A DNA stretch of 64,000 nucleotides from Chlorokybus atmophyticus (taxonomy: Eukaryota; Plantae; Mesostigma and Chlorokybus algae), in assembly GCA_009103225.1 (NCBI GenBank), contig RHPI01000773.1, forward strand, positions 86,003-150,002, written 5' to 3'. Both the position numbers and the translations under genes were made by a program. The notes beneath the pieces were generated by a model that had not been told where the DNA came from, made no database searches, and saw nothing but the letters and a program-made list of their open reading frames with translations. Positions 28,392-41,563 of the stretch are shown one piece after another. Within the stretch, counting starts at the first letter, position 1; each line of letters starts with the position of its first letter.

Positions 28392-30812
28392 AATGAAATG
28401 GAATGCACAATATGCGTTGCGCGTGATATGTTTGCAACGCCCACACAACTTATCTGCTTGCTCTTGCCGTCCTTCCAGCGCAGTGCATCATGCTCACTAT
28501 GTTGCTGAGCAGGGTTTCTCGCATGTCTCGCATAGCATGCTTGCACAGCTCACATACAAGCCACAGAGGGATAAGCTCAACTGAGTAGTGTGTAATGAGT
28601 AAGTTGTGTACTGCATTTGCCTGCCTCATATACGCTCGCAAAAAAACGGGGCAGCTGCAGTCCTATGCTGACATCAACACATTACCAAGGTTGGTTTGGC
28701 ATTCGTATTTTCACCCAAAAGAGCTGCTAGTTCGCACTGTGCAAGATTGCAAAGCTTTTGCTGAGGCGCAAGTACAACAAGTGACGTGTTCATCTCATCA
28801 ACTACACGAGGTGTGTGTGCATGTGCAAGCAACGTGTGATGGAATTTGACTGAATTGACTTAGTTAATATGACAAGGCTGGGTGAGGACCAATCTAACTC
28901 GAACAAAGTATGCGCGAGATGTCCATTTCACCGGTTGGAACATGGGTGAAATGCTTAACGTTTTTTGGAATGTCGCGCGACGAGCGCTTCTTGTGCGCTA
29001 TCCAAGAGTACGGAGGGGGAGGGGGGGGAGGAAGAGTGCTGACTGATCGGTGACGAAAGTCGCACACACGCAAGCTCAAACACATGCACGCTATGAAACG
29101 ACCTACACATATTGCTAGCTCAGCTTTGTGAATACAAGCAATGTGCGTTTGTGCTACTGTATCTGCATAACAGGTCACAGCCATACCTACATGTGTGGTT
29201 GTGTTGCTTGTTACAAGTGTTGTTGCCAGAAGATGCAGCACAAGCTGTATGTGCAATGCTTTTACTTTTTAGCAACAGCACTCCTGTCAATTAAACAGTC
29301 TTTCTGGCCAATCTCGCTTGACTTATTCAACATTGCAAATGGCTTGCAAAAACGATGACAAATGGTCTGTTGGTTCTTACCCACGTGAGTACATTGCGGC
29401 CTCCTTCAAAGCGAGGCGCTCGTTGACTTGGTGAGAAGTCAAGACAATTAAAGTGGGCCATGCTTGATGTCTTGCACCGTTGCCTTGAAATTATTCTCCA
29501 GTCCATTAAAGCAACGACAAAGTAAGTAAGCTGATTCGCATTGTATAACCATTCACGCGCACATGCGCACGCATACACGCGCACCGGCTACTTGCACTGC
29601 ATGTGCTTCAACCTAATCATTACACGATATTCATGAGCGTCACGCGTTTGGGTTGCAAGTGGTGGGTTGCAGCAATGAAGTCCTGGTCGATCATTGACCA
29701 AGACTTTAAGTTGAAGTGCCAAGGAAGAAGGCTTTGAGCAGCTCGTGCACATGTATCTCCTCTCGGCGTCGAGGATTACCAACTGGCTCGAAGGTTGCAA
29801 GCTCCTTTGCCACAATGACAAAAATGATTGCAAAAATCTTTGCATTGGTGTATGTGTCCAAAAGAGGAGCTAAGCCGCATGGCAATTTGTCAGTTGTGCA
29901 TGGTGAATGCACAATGCAAGCAATGAAACAGGCATGGGCTGCAGCCGTCAATGCTATTTAATCCAGTCAACCATCATGCAAAACACAATTCATCCTATCC
30001 ACTGTCATGCAGCCACTGGCCATCTGATTGTAATTGTGCGCGCATGCATCTGTGGCGTGTTGCGACACACCCAAGCATAACTTGACAGTACTAACATCAT
30101 GTGTTGTCATGCTGGCAATGCGCATTTTGGGACCTGCCATTTGGGGCCTCGCCCATCAGCAATCCTCACTTGGCCATCACCTTGGAAAAAGTGCACCAAG
30201 CGGTGCTAATTATAGATGTGAACGGGATCCAACCACATTGCTCGTTGAATACATCAAGGATAAAGGTAACTTAGCTGTTACTTTCAAGCTTGCTGCACTC
30301 TTAAGTACATAGGTTGGTAGAATGGTTCTTGCATGTGAGCAGCAATCCATGACGAATGCACAGCATTTGCGAGAACGGCAGTCGTGATGGTGGCGGAGGG
30401 TGGTGGGAGCGGTGGCGGGGGGAGTCTGCGGGTCGTTGTGGTTGTTGACGTGGTCATGCTCAAGGCTGACGCGGTATGGCATGCGTGACTGACAGGGTGG
30501 GGCAATAGAGTAGTGAAGTAGGTAATAGCAGACAGTGTGTGCCTAGCCCGTGGTTGTAATTCCGGTGAGTGTTGCTATGTTAAGGTGTCATGTCCATGCA
30601 TGTGTCGTGCTTGTTGCATACATCAGTTGCATTTTTTATACACATGCAAAGCTGAGTAACTTCATTATTATCAGATGGCACTAGCGATTCCATCCGCACC
30701 AATGAAGCAAGACTGGATACAATGAAGTGCCCAGCTCTTTGCATACCTTTTGGTTACCTCACGCCCGACGTCGCGGTCATTGCCAATGAGCACGCAGAAA
30801 CCATGCAGGTGT

Positions 30813-30942
30813 GCAAGACTTGCATGACATTCTTGCATGCAAAACAGCTTGCGCGCCATACTATTAGCATGCATGTTGCAAGACTTGCATGACATTCTTG
30901 CGCGCAAAACAACTTGCGCGCCATACTATTAGCATGCATGTT
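30813..30942. repeat. Tandem duplication, 2 x 65 bp
   Basis: gcaagacttgcatgacattcttgc...ccatactattagcatgcatgtt at 30813 and 30878, with few mismatches. Confidence 0.9.
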
Positions 30943-32671
30943 GATGTGAAAGATATTCGTTCGCAATCTGAAGTCAGTGCATTGTTACAGGTGATGCCCT
31001 ACGCAACCTACATATTTCAGCAATGCCGCAGAACATGTATGTTGTCACCTTGCGGCAACGTGACAGCAGGTTGTTATACAGGGTACAACACCAACATACA
31101 ACTGCTACTTGTGTGACAAACATGTGTTCATGGCGCCAATGCGTTGAGTAAACACAGCTACATGCATGCTTCTTCAAAAACAAGGATAAACTCTTGGCGA
31201 TTGCTAGCATGCATCCCACGATGGTATGGTTCTCGTCTGGGAGCAATGTTGAACACGGCGACGGTGGGTCTTCGGTTTTCTACCTGTAATCAATTCCAGT
31301 GCAACGGTCCTTACCCCGTTCCAGCCCGCCCCATCTGCTCACAGTCTGCACAAAAGTGGCATGAGTTCACACCAGCATGCTTCAACTTCAACTGCAGTCA
31401 GGCCAACTACCACGGGGACCGCACACAACTACCATGCAAGCTCCGGCTCCGGTTGTCTCCCCTTGCACAATTTGCGCTACGACGCAAGCAACACTCGGCA
31501 TGCAGGCATTGCTGATGGAGTCTTGCAGTTTTGTACGAGCAGCTCTGCAAACCATGCTGACTGAAGCGAATGATTGTCACTGCTTTCCGGCTGGTACTAG
31601 CAACTTGTGACAGAACACACAGGTTCAACTCCAAGTTATTGCATAAGCTCGCTTGCATATTTCAGCAGGTTGTTGTGACTCAACGTGAGGCAGCTAGGGG
31701 TTGGCGACCTCAGGCGGCATGCATTGCCGGCCACTTGCCCACTGCTTCAGCCGCTCCACCTTGCGCAGCGGCTGAAGCATGCCATGCGACCCCACCCGCA
31801 CGCAAGTGCGCCCGCCGCCGCGCTCACACAGGAAGCCGTGCCTTGGCTTTGACATCAAGTCTCCATAGACCATCATGATGCACTTACGTGGACGCCCAGC
31901 TTGTGCCGTGTACAGTGTTTGTCGGGTACCGCATATGGTAGGCTGTGCGTGTACCCCATGGAGAATGCTTACCATAGGCAGTGCTTGTAATAACCATCTA
32001 AACTTGTACTGATGCACCGCATGCATGCTTCAACTTTTGGCACAGGCGGCCGCTGGCAGCATGCATGGGGTACAATGCTGCTTTTTTGAGTGCCACTCAC
32101 TGAGCAATGGAGTGTAAGGACGAAGGACGTGTCATGTAACTTGACTCGTGTTGCTTATACTTGGGGGTGACGTGCTTGTGTCTATAGCGACACCCAACGC
32201 TTTGGTTGCCAGCTCCAACTGTGTTGCTTTGAGTAATACAGCAAACGGATTGTTATATCCGCTTCATGACTGTCGGCGCACCAACCCGCCCATGCGCGGC
32301 GCCACACCACGTCGGCGGCATCATGTCACATGATTCACGTGAGGTAGAATTGCCTTGCATTGCATGGGAACATGCTGAAGAGTATTGTCATGAGGTGAAC
32401 ACTTCACCGTCGGCACTTTGAACCGAGCCCCATGTCTAACCTAAAACCAGGCGACTATTCTATGTACCATTCTCAGCGCAAATCTTCCCTCTGTTTCACC
32501 ATTGCAACATGTGGCGCTTTGGAGCGTTAGCGCTTGTCCTGACCTGGCCGTATATTAGCCGCCAGTCCGAAGTGCATGAGAGAAAGACACACTGGGTCAA
32601 AGAGGATGCAGTGAGTCAGTCCTCTGGCTGAGGTGGTGATCAGGCGGTCGCTGTGTGGCTGTCAAGTCAGC

Positions 32672-35152
32672 ATGGCTGCCTCCACAGCAGTGCTGGCTGC
32701 ACTCTGCCTGCTGCTGCTGACGGCCTCTGGTGGGGTGGCATACAATGCGACGTGCAATTGTGCTGTACTCATGATGCAGATGTGCTGAATTGGGCCTTGT
32801 GTAGGCGTTGAGGTAATATGTTGCTGTTGTTGGTAGCTACCATGCCATAAAAGTTCTCTGTCTGCTTGGCTCGCATACTCAATTGCTTTGTTTGCAGCCA
32901 GTGCGCAGAGTGTGTGGATCAATGAGTTCCACTATGACAACGCTGGCACAGACTCCGGCGAGTTTATTGACATTGGTGCGTGCACATGCATGGGGTTGTG
33001 TTGTGCATGTGACTGGGCTCTGTGCTGCATGCGTGAGCTGCACCTGTGCAGCCATGCCAAGACACATGCTTATGTGCATGCAGGTCCCGCGGGCACGTCT
33101 GCAACGGGCTACAGCATGTATCTGTACAACTGCGCAAACGCAGGGGCTGTCACTTACACTACCGTCTTGTCCTTTACTGGCGCCTTCGCCAACCCATCTG
33201 GTATGCAATGCGGTAGCACGTCCGTGTGTTGGCATTGCTGTCGTGTTTTGTGTGAATGTGCATGCACCCAACGCGCATGTGTTTGTGGAAGTGTGTGTGT
33301 AGCGTATATGCAATGCTATGCATGTGTCTGTGAACCTTCCTTTGCACAGGTGGTTATGGGTTTGCAGTCGTAAACTATCCTGCGGACGGCATACAGAGTG
33401 ATTCGCCAGATGTTTTTGCGCTGGTAGCTAACACCACCGTTGTGCACTTCCTCAGCTATAAGGGCGTGTGTGCACGGGTACATACATGTGCATGTTACAT
33501 GCGCTTTGGTCATGACCATTCCAACGCCAACCTACCGCATGCATGTGGCAGCTTCCAATGGGCCGGCTTCCGGGCTCGCTTCCACGAATATCGGCAACTC
33601 AGAGACCGGCGCAGGAGCCGTGGGCAACTCACTGCAGGTGCGTGTGACTATGCTCGACTATGCTCGAATGTGTGACGCGACTTGGAGTACATGTGGTTGA
33701 AGTGAATGTCAACAACTCGAAAATGACAGTTGAGCGGCTCTGGATGCGCTTCTACTCGTTCATGTGGGCTGCTAATCCTAGGGGCATACCCAACACATCA
33801 GGTGCAGCCAATGTCAACCGCATTCGTAAGGGGTTGATGATGATCGGTCAACCTGTCGGTTGTCAGTTGGTTGAATTGTTGCAAGCATGAAGCAATTGCA
33901 GCAATGCCGTCATATGCGTATGCGTACAGGGAAGTGAACACCGGACAGACCTTCACCCACAGTCCCTCCCCACCACCCTCTCCTCCACCGTCTCCGCCAT
34001 CGCCTCCACCCCGCCCTTCTCCACCCTCGCTACCGTCCCCTCCACCACCCTCTCCTCCGTCACCTCCTCCGCCGTCACCTCCACCACCATCCCTTCCACC
34101 TCCTCCCTCTCCTCCTCCATCCCCTTCACCACCCTCGCCTCCACCGTCACCTCCACCACCCTCTCCTCCCTCTCCTCCGCCGTCGCCACCTCCTCCCTCT
34201 CCTCCATCGTCGCCTCCACCGCCCTCTCCTCCGTCACCTCCACCGCCCTCTTCTCCTCCGTTACTTTCCCCACCGTCTCCATCTCCTCCCCCGCCACCAC
34301 CCTCCCCATCTCCGACTCCTCCCCCTCCCTCTCCTCCCCCACCACCTCCTCCCTCCTCGCCGTCTCCTCCCCCACCCTCACCTCGGCCGTCACCTCCACC
34401 ACCCTCTGCCACCTCCTCCATCACCTCCCCCTTCCTCCCCTCCCTCTCCACCACCCCCTCGGCCGCCACCGCTCTCCGCCGCCACCCAAGTCCTCTCCTC
34501 CACCACCGCCACCCGCCAGTACGTGTTGTTGTTATTGTCATTGTTGTTTTACGATGTTGTCGTGGGTGATGTTGATTACAGCTTGCATCTGCTCACTGAA
34601 TCCGGTGGTCTGGTGCACGTGCAGTTTGCTTTCCAAACCTGTGCGAAAGTCGCGGGACGTGCGTGCCCACTCAAAGCCAGAGCGACTACATTTGCACCTG
34701 CAAGCGTGGATTCTTCCTGGGGGTGAGTTTGCAATCGTGTGCCTGCTTCACGTGCGTGGTATGTGTGTATGAGTCGCAGAGCACGATAATTGAAGAATGT
34801 GTCGGTGTGCAGACGACGGCCAATGGCAAGCCCACCTGCTCGTCATATTGCTCTCAGCCGTATGGCACATACGTGTGGAGGTCGCCACCTCTGCAGCGTT
34901 TCGCCAGCCATAACAACACCGCAAGCGCAGCCGCATGATGCAACAATTACGCACCTAAACTCAGCATTGCTTCTCATAAAGCTTCCATGCGTAACTGCGT
35001 CAACAAGCGTGGCAGTGTGTGCATCAGGTGCACTGCTGACTCGTCATGCAAGTACTGGGCGTACTACACCGGCATGTAATATGCCCTTATCACGGACGCG
35101 GAGGAAACCTACGTCAAGGTAATGTGTGAAAGGAGAGACCCCCCCCTCCCCG

Positions 35153-35190
<38 letters not shown>

Positions 35191-35404
35191 AGTACCATCC
35201 CCCTTGTATACATACTACCCCATACCGCTTCCATGCTCCTTGCACCACTCACACGTGCACATAAATACTCACTCGCTCCGCAAAAATGCTGTGCAGCCCT
35301 GCAAGTTCTACAGCGCAAGCAACAACCCCAACGCCTGCTATGGCGAGGCGCAGTATAACAAGAAGTCCAGCACCAAGCGGAGGGTCAGCAAGCTGTGTAT
35401 TTGA
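32672..35404 (+). CDS. Secreted modular protein: signal peptide, bacterial-type lamin-tail domain (LTD), (Ser-Pro)n extensin-like linker, EGF-like and PAN/Apple-like domains; contains frameshifts (possible pseudogene or assembly error)
   Basis: MAASTAVLAALCLLLLTAS|ASAQSVWINEFHYDNAGTDSGEFIDI, GPAGTSATGYSMYLYN, YGFAVVNYPADGIQ, VVHFLSYKG, ASNGPASGLASTNIG, SPPPP repeats at 33961-34518, CFPNLCESRGTCVPTQSQSDYICTCKRGFF, PCKFYSASNNPNACYGEAQYNKK...SKLCI*. Frame breaks at ~33751 and ~34405-34485. Confidence 0.65.
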
Positions 35405-36931
35405 GTGGTCGCACTGGTGATCAGCAACAGTAACAACAAGAACATGAGTTGCTGACATATTCTTATGTCTATTGCTCAAGTTTGTTTTTCAAGTGTGTAT
35501 AGCCTGCCTGAGACAAACACTGTTCGGAGATGTTCAGGTGTAAACGTAACTGATTGCGGAGGTATTGGTCAGCCAGTATGCGTGATTTTGGGAAGGGTAC
35601 TGTGCGCAAGTGTATGGCAAACATGCAGGAGCATACAAATGTACGTACATGTGTAGGCACACAACCTTGAATGATCGCTCACTTAAACATACCTACCTGC
35701 AGAGTGGACGAGAAGAGTGGAAGGGTTACGCAAGGCAGTATCAACTCCGGCATGCATGATAAGAATCGCTAGCCTTGGAATCCACTGCACCGCCACAACT
35801 CCCTACACGATATGATGTAACTGTATGATTTGACCATACAGTTATAGTGGTTAGCAAGAGGAGCAGCAGTAACGTTATCAGTTCCAAAGGCTGCATATGT
35901 CACATGAGCCTAGATGAACGTGTCTATGTGCGTGCGTGCGTGCCTGAGAAAGAAGCACATCATCACGCAGGGCGAGGGGATAGATTGAGCCTCATTGAAG
36001 TGCATAAGCGAGACAGAAGCAACATTATAGGCAGAACAGCAACTCGCATACTTAGCTGCAAGAGAGTGAGCGGAGAAGCTTTCATGGCATAGCAGAACAG
36101 GCCAGAGTCTAGCAACGCTGTGCCGGAGATGTTTACTAACGACAATTACATGATAGCGTCGCAGACGTTAACACTTGTTCGTAATAAATCTCGTGAACAA
36201 CAGCATGCCTACATGCGTCCAGCGCGAGAGAAAGAGCATGTGACATCCCGCGTTCCCAACCCTAACCTTCAGCACTAAGGTACCTGGGCACCACCGATCA
36301 GCCCGGCAGCAGCTGCGCCACGCCTTGACCCCTCCCTTCCAGAGACGAGAGTCGTCTCTCTCGCCCCATGACAGAGACGACTCCACTCCCGCTCCACTCC
36401 CCCAACGCCTTCCGCCGCCGCCCTGCCGGCTTGCAACCCAAGGGCACTGACAGCTGTCGCGTCTCAGCCCTCGCTTTCGCTCTGGCTGAGCTGAGCTCAC
36501 TGCCCGAGGCGCAGCGACAGGGGGAAGAGAGGGGTTGCAAAAGGATTGCTGCTGCTGGCGGCGAGGCGAGGCGGGGCGAGGCGTGGAAGTGTTGTGCGGT
36601 AATCCCACCCATTCATCGAGTATTGCTTAGCCTCTGCCTGCTGCTCCGGCCTGCCCCGCTGACGTAAGCTTAGACGCCCCGGAGCCGGCCGCCCAGGCAG
36701 GCTGCCCATTCCATGCCATCTTGTCGTTCAATCAGCGGTGCAAGTATGATTTATGCATGCAGCCTTTGGTAAGCCGAGCATGCTTGGATTATGCATAAGT
36801 GCATGCATGAGGAAGGTTGCGAGAGGGGCTCTGCGCCCACCCCTTAGCTGTACACCCCATTCCTTCGCACTCCACAAGCTAGAAAGGCCCGTAGTATCAC
36901 TCAGTTAGCCTCAAGCCCATACACGGCAGCG

Positions 36932-36934
<3 letters not shown>

Positions 36935-36995
<61 letters not shown>

Positions 36996-37056
36996 NNNNN
37001 NNNNNNNNNNNNNNNNNNNNNNNNNNNNNNNNNNNNNNNNNNNNNNNNNNNNNNNN

Positions 37057-37104
<48 letters not shown>
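36935..37104. repeat. (CT)n microsatellite spanning a 61-N gap, just upstream of the GNAT-like start codon
   Basis: CT runs at 36935-36995 and 37057-37104; Ns at 36996-37056. Confidence 0.95.
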
Positions 37105-37108
<4 letters not shown>

Positions 37109-37112
37109 GCAG

Positions 37113-38329
37113 ATGGCGTTCGCCCGTGCACTCTACAGCTCCATTTCCTCCGCATGTGCGGCAAAGCAGCAGCTGCGCAGCGGCATGCAGCCGGTAGCAG
37201 GCCGAAACAGAGGGTGCATCACGCAGCACGGCATCAAGCCCGCGGGCACTAGCACGTCTCTGCGAAAGCTCACCATGGCAAAAACGAAGGTGCTTCCGCG
37301 CCTCGTTGCCAGAATCACCACCTCCGCTTCCAATCAGCCGGAAGGCGACGGTGACCCTGCTGACGATGAGATTGGTGAGCTCTGCATGGTTTGGGGAATC
37401 GTTGTGTTCGTCACTCTTTGCTTCGTGTTTCACTTACTTACTTAGAGTGCTCAGTCGCTCAAACAGTGCTTGAACTGGCTTGGTTTGTCCCTCGTGCTCG
37501 TTCACAGCCAGAATTCATCTTCAACATGACAAGTCCAAGGTCAACACTTGCTACGTTGCTGTTGTCTGGTAGAAGCTATTGCAGCTGGTCAACCTGTAAT
37601 AGCTGAGCACGGTTCTTAGTTATGAGACCAGGGCACTTTGAGGTGCATGTGCTGTCATCAGGAGTCGACAATCACCTCCTGCTATAAGTTGGCATGGCTT
37701 CTCACACCCCACTGCGCGCGGAGCTGGCAGGGAACCAACTCTCCGACTGGCTCCAGCTGAAGCCTCTTGAAGGCGACTTGATCAGCACACCCCACCTCAG
37801 GTTCATCCTGAAGAATGACCTACAGTCCAAGCTTGCACGCGTGGCGTCTGATATTGATGTCGTGGACCGCTTGGTGCAGCAGCATGTGCTGCTGAATGCG
37901 GTGAGGGCCGGACGCATTACAAGAGAGAAGGCATGCGAGATGCATGAAAAAGCGATATTTTGCACGGGCCAGGTACGCATGGATTACATTCGCGGGCATC
38001 CAAACCTCCCGCAACACACAGGCGACAGCCACGTCTCCTGCACGCTGGCTGTTGCATTTGCAAGCCATCCGTCGGAGGAGACCATCAACTTGTCAGTCGA
38101 GCTTGCCATTCTCTTGCAGAGCATGGACGGGTACCACCGCAGCATCGTGTTGCCGATTGCAGTCCCAATATCGGTTTACCACATGTTTCTGTCTGGGAGT
38201 TCGGCAGGACAGGGGTGGCTGACTCAAGCAGGCTACGAAGAGATTCCTCCTGAGAAAGCACCGGAGTGGCTGAGTGGCGATCAGGTAGGCTATAGAAGAG
38301 TCAGGCCGCCGGCCTCAGATGAGCGCTAG
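37113..38329 (+). CDS. Two-exon organelle-targeted protein of unknown function with a degenerate GNAT-like C-terminus (copy 1)
   Basis: Exons 37113-37374 and 37731-38329 with a phase-1 intron. Basic, Ser/Thr/Ala-rich transit-like N-terminus. HLRFILKNDL...VSCTLAVAF...VELAILL...VYHMFLSG...WLTQAGYEEIPPEKAPEWL resembles the GNAT tail. The coding status is supported by two paralogues; the GNAT call is tentative. Confidence 0.65.
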
Positions 38330-39436
38330 GTGGTGTCTTCAAGTAATGATAAGGTTGCCACTTCAAGTTGCCATTTGCGAAGGACAAATTGGAGGAAGAG
38401 CGCGTTACACAGTTGCGGGGATGCCACAGTGTGCAAAACAACTGATGTTGGTGTGAGCGAACTGCCTGTATCTGCAGCTGACTGCACGTACTGTGCAGCG
38501 CATGTGAATGCGCATGTTTGCCTGAAAGTTAGTACCACACAAGCCCGCACAGATGCACAATTACATGAGCATGGAAAGACGGCCAAGAATCCTGCTGTGG
38601 CATGAGGATCAGGACTGGCTGGTGTTTGGAATGCGAAGGCCATGTGTGTACAGGATCGTATGCTGCATATGTGTCACCAGTGCTCGCTCGCACACAATGC
38701 AATCTCTATGTGTCGTGCTATCAACCGCAGCAGTTGCGCAAATACTGTAAGCTGGCCTCACCAAGCGTGCAATGCGAGTCTGAACAGACTTGCGCAACTC
38801 ACTGTGATGTCCAATACTGAAACGCAATCTTGAAACATGTTTGCGCTTGGCCATGGCCATTTCAAAGCAATTCAATTGGATAGATACCGCATCGCATCTC
38901 ACTACACATACATGCATGCGCTAGGTGATGCACAATGACATAATACGTATACATGCCACGCGGCCTCAAGCCAGCAACACGCGGCGGGATGCCAAATTGT
39001 ATCCCTAATTATATTGAGTTATTGTCTGACTCAGACAATAGTATCAGACAATAGTATCAAGGCTGCTACCGCTCCACTTCCTCAATGAAATTAGGAAACA
39101 ACCGTTTGTGGAATGATGATGGTGACGCACAGCTTGGCCGCGGCCTCAACCCAAGCGTCGGGGCTGCTGCATAATGTGCACTGACGAAAGCATCTGACGG
39201 TCAGTGCTCACGCATCGAGCAGTGCGTGCTGCCAAGCAGCATTGTGCGGTGCGCATGCTCAGTGCGTTCGTGCTTCACGCCAAGCCGTCACTGTGCACCA
39301 TATTGATGGAGAGCCATTCACGCAAGGGCCGCATTAGGCTTGCACTGTATGTATGTGGTGTACACCCACATGTGTGTGCGAGCGTTCGTGCATGCGTGCG
39401 TTCGTGCTTCACCCAGGGGGGAAAGGAAGGGGAAGG

Positions 39437-39979
39437 NNNNNNNNNNNNNNNNNNNNNNNNNNNNNNNNNNNNNNNNNNNNNNNNNNNNNNNNNNNNNNNN
39501 NNNNNNNNNNNNNNNNNNNNNNNNNNNNNNNNNNNNNNNNNNNNNNNNNNNNNNNNNNNNNNNNNNNNNNNNNNNNNNNNNNNNNNNNNNNNNNNNNNNN
39601 NNNNNNNNNNNNNNNNNNNNNNNNNNNNNNNNNNNNNNNNNNNNNNNNNNNNNNNNNNNNNNNNNNNNNNNNNNNNNNNNNNNNNNNNNNNNNNNNNNNN
39701 NNNNNNNNNNNNNNNNNNNNNNNNNNNNNNNNNNNNNNNNNNNNNNNNNNNNNNNNNNNNNNNNNNNNNNNNNNNNNNNNNNNNNNNNNNNNNNNNNNNN
39801 NNNNNNNNNNNNNNNNNNNNNNNNNNNNNNNNNNNNNNNNNNNNNNNNNNNNNNNNNNNNNNNNNNNNNNNNNNNNNNNNNNNNNNNNNNNNNNNNNNNN
39901 NNNNNNNNNNNNNNNNNNNNNNNNNNNNNNNNNNNNNNNNNNNNNNNNNNNNNNNNNNNNNNNNNNNNNNNNNNNNNNN
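39437..39979. other. Assembly gap (543 N)
   Basis: Run of N. Confidence 1.
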
Positions 39980-40314
39980 GGGGGTATGCACGCATATGTC
40001 CATGTGTGTTTGTGACTGTGCATGTGCGCGTGTGTACACAAGCTGCTTGCCCTTGCACATATGCGACGAATCTTACTTGATAAATCGCGTTCTGCTTTGG
40101 TCTCAATGTAAAGGGCCAGTGCAATGGTTGATTGTCTCCAAATGGTTGATTAAACTTTGGTTCACGCATCAATGTGGCACAGTTGCATTCCTGTATATAA
40201 TGATGGTGATGTGCACACAACTTTTACAATCATAGCAGCGACCGAGCACCTTCCGGAGAAAAGGCTTTTCCTTTTTGGCCCAAGAATGCCGGGCATTGGC
40301 TAGCAAAAGTTAGG

Positions 40315-40450
40315 ACAGACACAAGGAGGAGGGGGAGTCCGTTGGGTATGCTGCTGCTGAAGTCGCTGCAAGGGTGGGCCGCTAACCAACAGCCGTGCTG
40401 CAGGTGATACGGTCTGCAGTTGCATGCATGCATGTCTAACAGGGTGGGGT
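40315..40450 (-). repeat. Single diverged, inverted homologue of part of the 501-bp tandem unit
   Basis: Reverse complement atcacctgcagcacggctgttggttagcggcc...cagcagcagcatacccaacggactccccctcct vs the unit's atcacctgcacatgcgccttggtcagcggcc...cagcagcaggactcaacggactccccctcct. Confidence 0.7.
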
Positions 40451-41563
40451 GATTGGTTAGTTAGGTCGTAGAGCAACTCGTGCTGCTCGGTGGTTGCTGT
40501 TGTCTGCCTGAGGTATGTATGTGCTGAGTTGACTTGCTGCTGCTCGACATGTTCACAATGTGTGTAATGCATTCATTGCATATATAGAATAGTCTTGAAC
40601 ATATATGTACACACGTGTGTACACACATGTTGGTGTGCACCCATATCCACGTGGGTATGGGTGGGGAGGCTGGTGTTAGGAGCCCATAGCATGCAAGCTT
40701 ATGTACACGCATAACACAAGCAATGGCGCCGGCACTTCTCACATTATGCGCACATCGTGACGTGTGATGTCATGGGCATGTGTGCTGCTGAAATAACCAA
40801 TAAGCATTGAGCCTACTTGTCACACCTTATGTGATATCATAGCATTTATAAGTATAGGCCTTATATGTGCACCAATGTCATGCGCTACGCTGCATTGTAG
40901 GCCAAACGGTCCGGCAAAACACCGTAGGCAGGGGGCAGCGGCGGAGGGCCCCTCCACGGCCCCCGCCCGGGATAAAGTTTAACCAAGTTGAGCGACGAAG
41001 TCAAGCCATCTCGGTGTTGGAAAAAGCTTAGCTCACACTCGCGCTCTTTGAAGGATATGGAGGCAGGGTAGCAAGGAATAAAAGTATCACACACGCACGC
41101 ATGCATGCGAGTGCTGCTAAATACACGCCGTCTAGCCCATCTTTGTGTGCTTTGCAATTGGTGCGCAAAATGTGTGGACGACTTCTATTTTAACAACCTT
41201 TTGGCACAAACTACGGCAAGTTCTGTCGTGAATGGAAACTTTAACACCGAAGCACCATCAGACCAGATGCATCATGTTATATAGGTTGGCAATGCTTGTT
41301 AATGAATAAATGCGGGCTGCAGCCCACATGTGGTGGACGACTTCCTGGCTTTTTCTCTCCCCGCATGGGTACGTTCGCCGATCGAACACTTTGAGGGTTG
41401 CCGGCTCATGAGAGGGTAGCTGCAAGGAAGAATTGCTCACGAGCTGTAAATCCATGTAAAAGCTCGCGATATGTGGGTACCCAAGCAAACAGCACAGTCA
41501 TAAGACGGGTGGGGTGATGCAATTGCACTGTACGTCTTATCCTAAAACAGAGCGCCCCATGAT

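Larger units (their letters stand above)
35690..38470 (+). repeat. Segmental duplication cassette copy 1 (upstream region + GNAT-like gene)
   Basis: Shared blocks with 54.4-56.65 kb and 56.96-59.9 kb, e.g. cacctgca(g/a)agtggacga, agcata/cttagctgcaagag, agcgtcgcagacg, gtcgttca(a/g)tcagcggt(g/a)caag, gaggttgcgagaggggc, cgcag|ATGGC. Confidence 0.8.

Noticed and set aside
16936-28546. Many long antisense ORFs over the PP2A B'', transporter and HRD3 exons
   Set aside because: Expected in GC-rich coding DNA; the sense-strand assignments explain them
33798-34541. Gly/Glu-rich minus-strand ORFs (also at 44762-45145)
   Set aside because: Antisense shadows of the SPPPP coding repeats
39020-39058. 21-bp palindrome plus a 13-bp tandem (tcagacaatagta)
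   Set aside because: Small and probably a replication or repair scar
39204-40235. Long ORFs in the ORF track
   Set aside because: Artefacts of translating through the N gap
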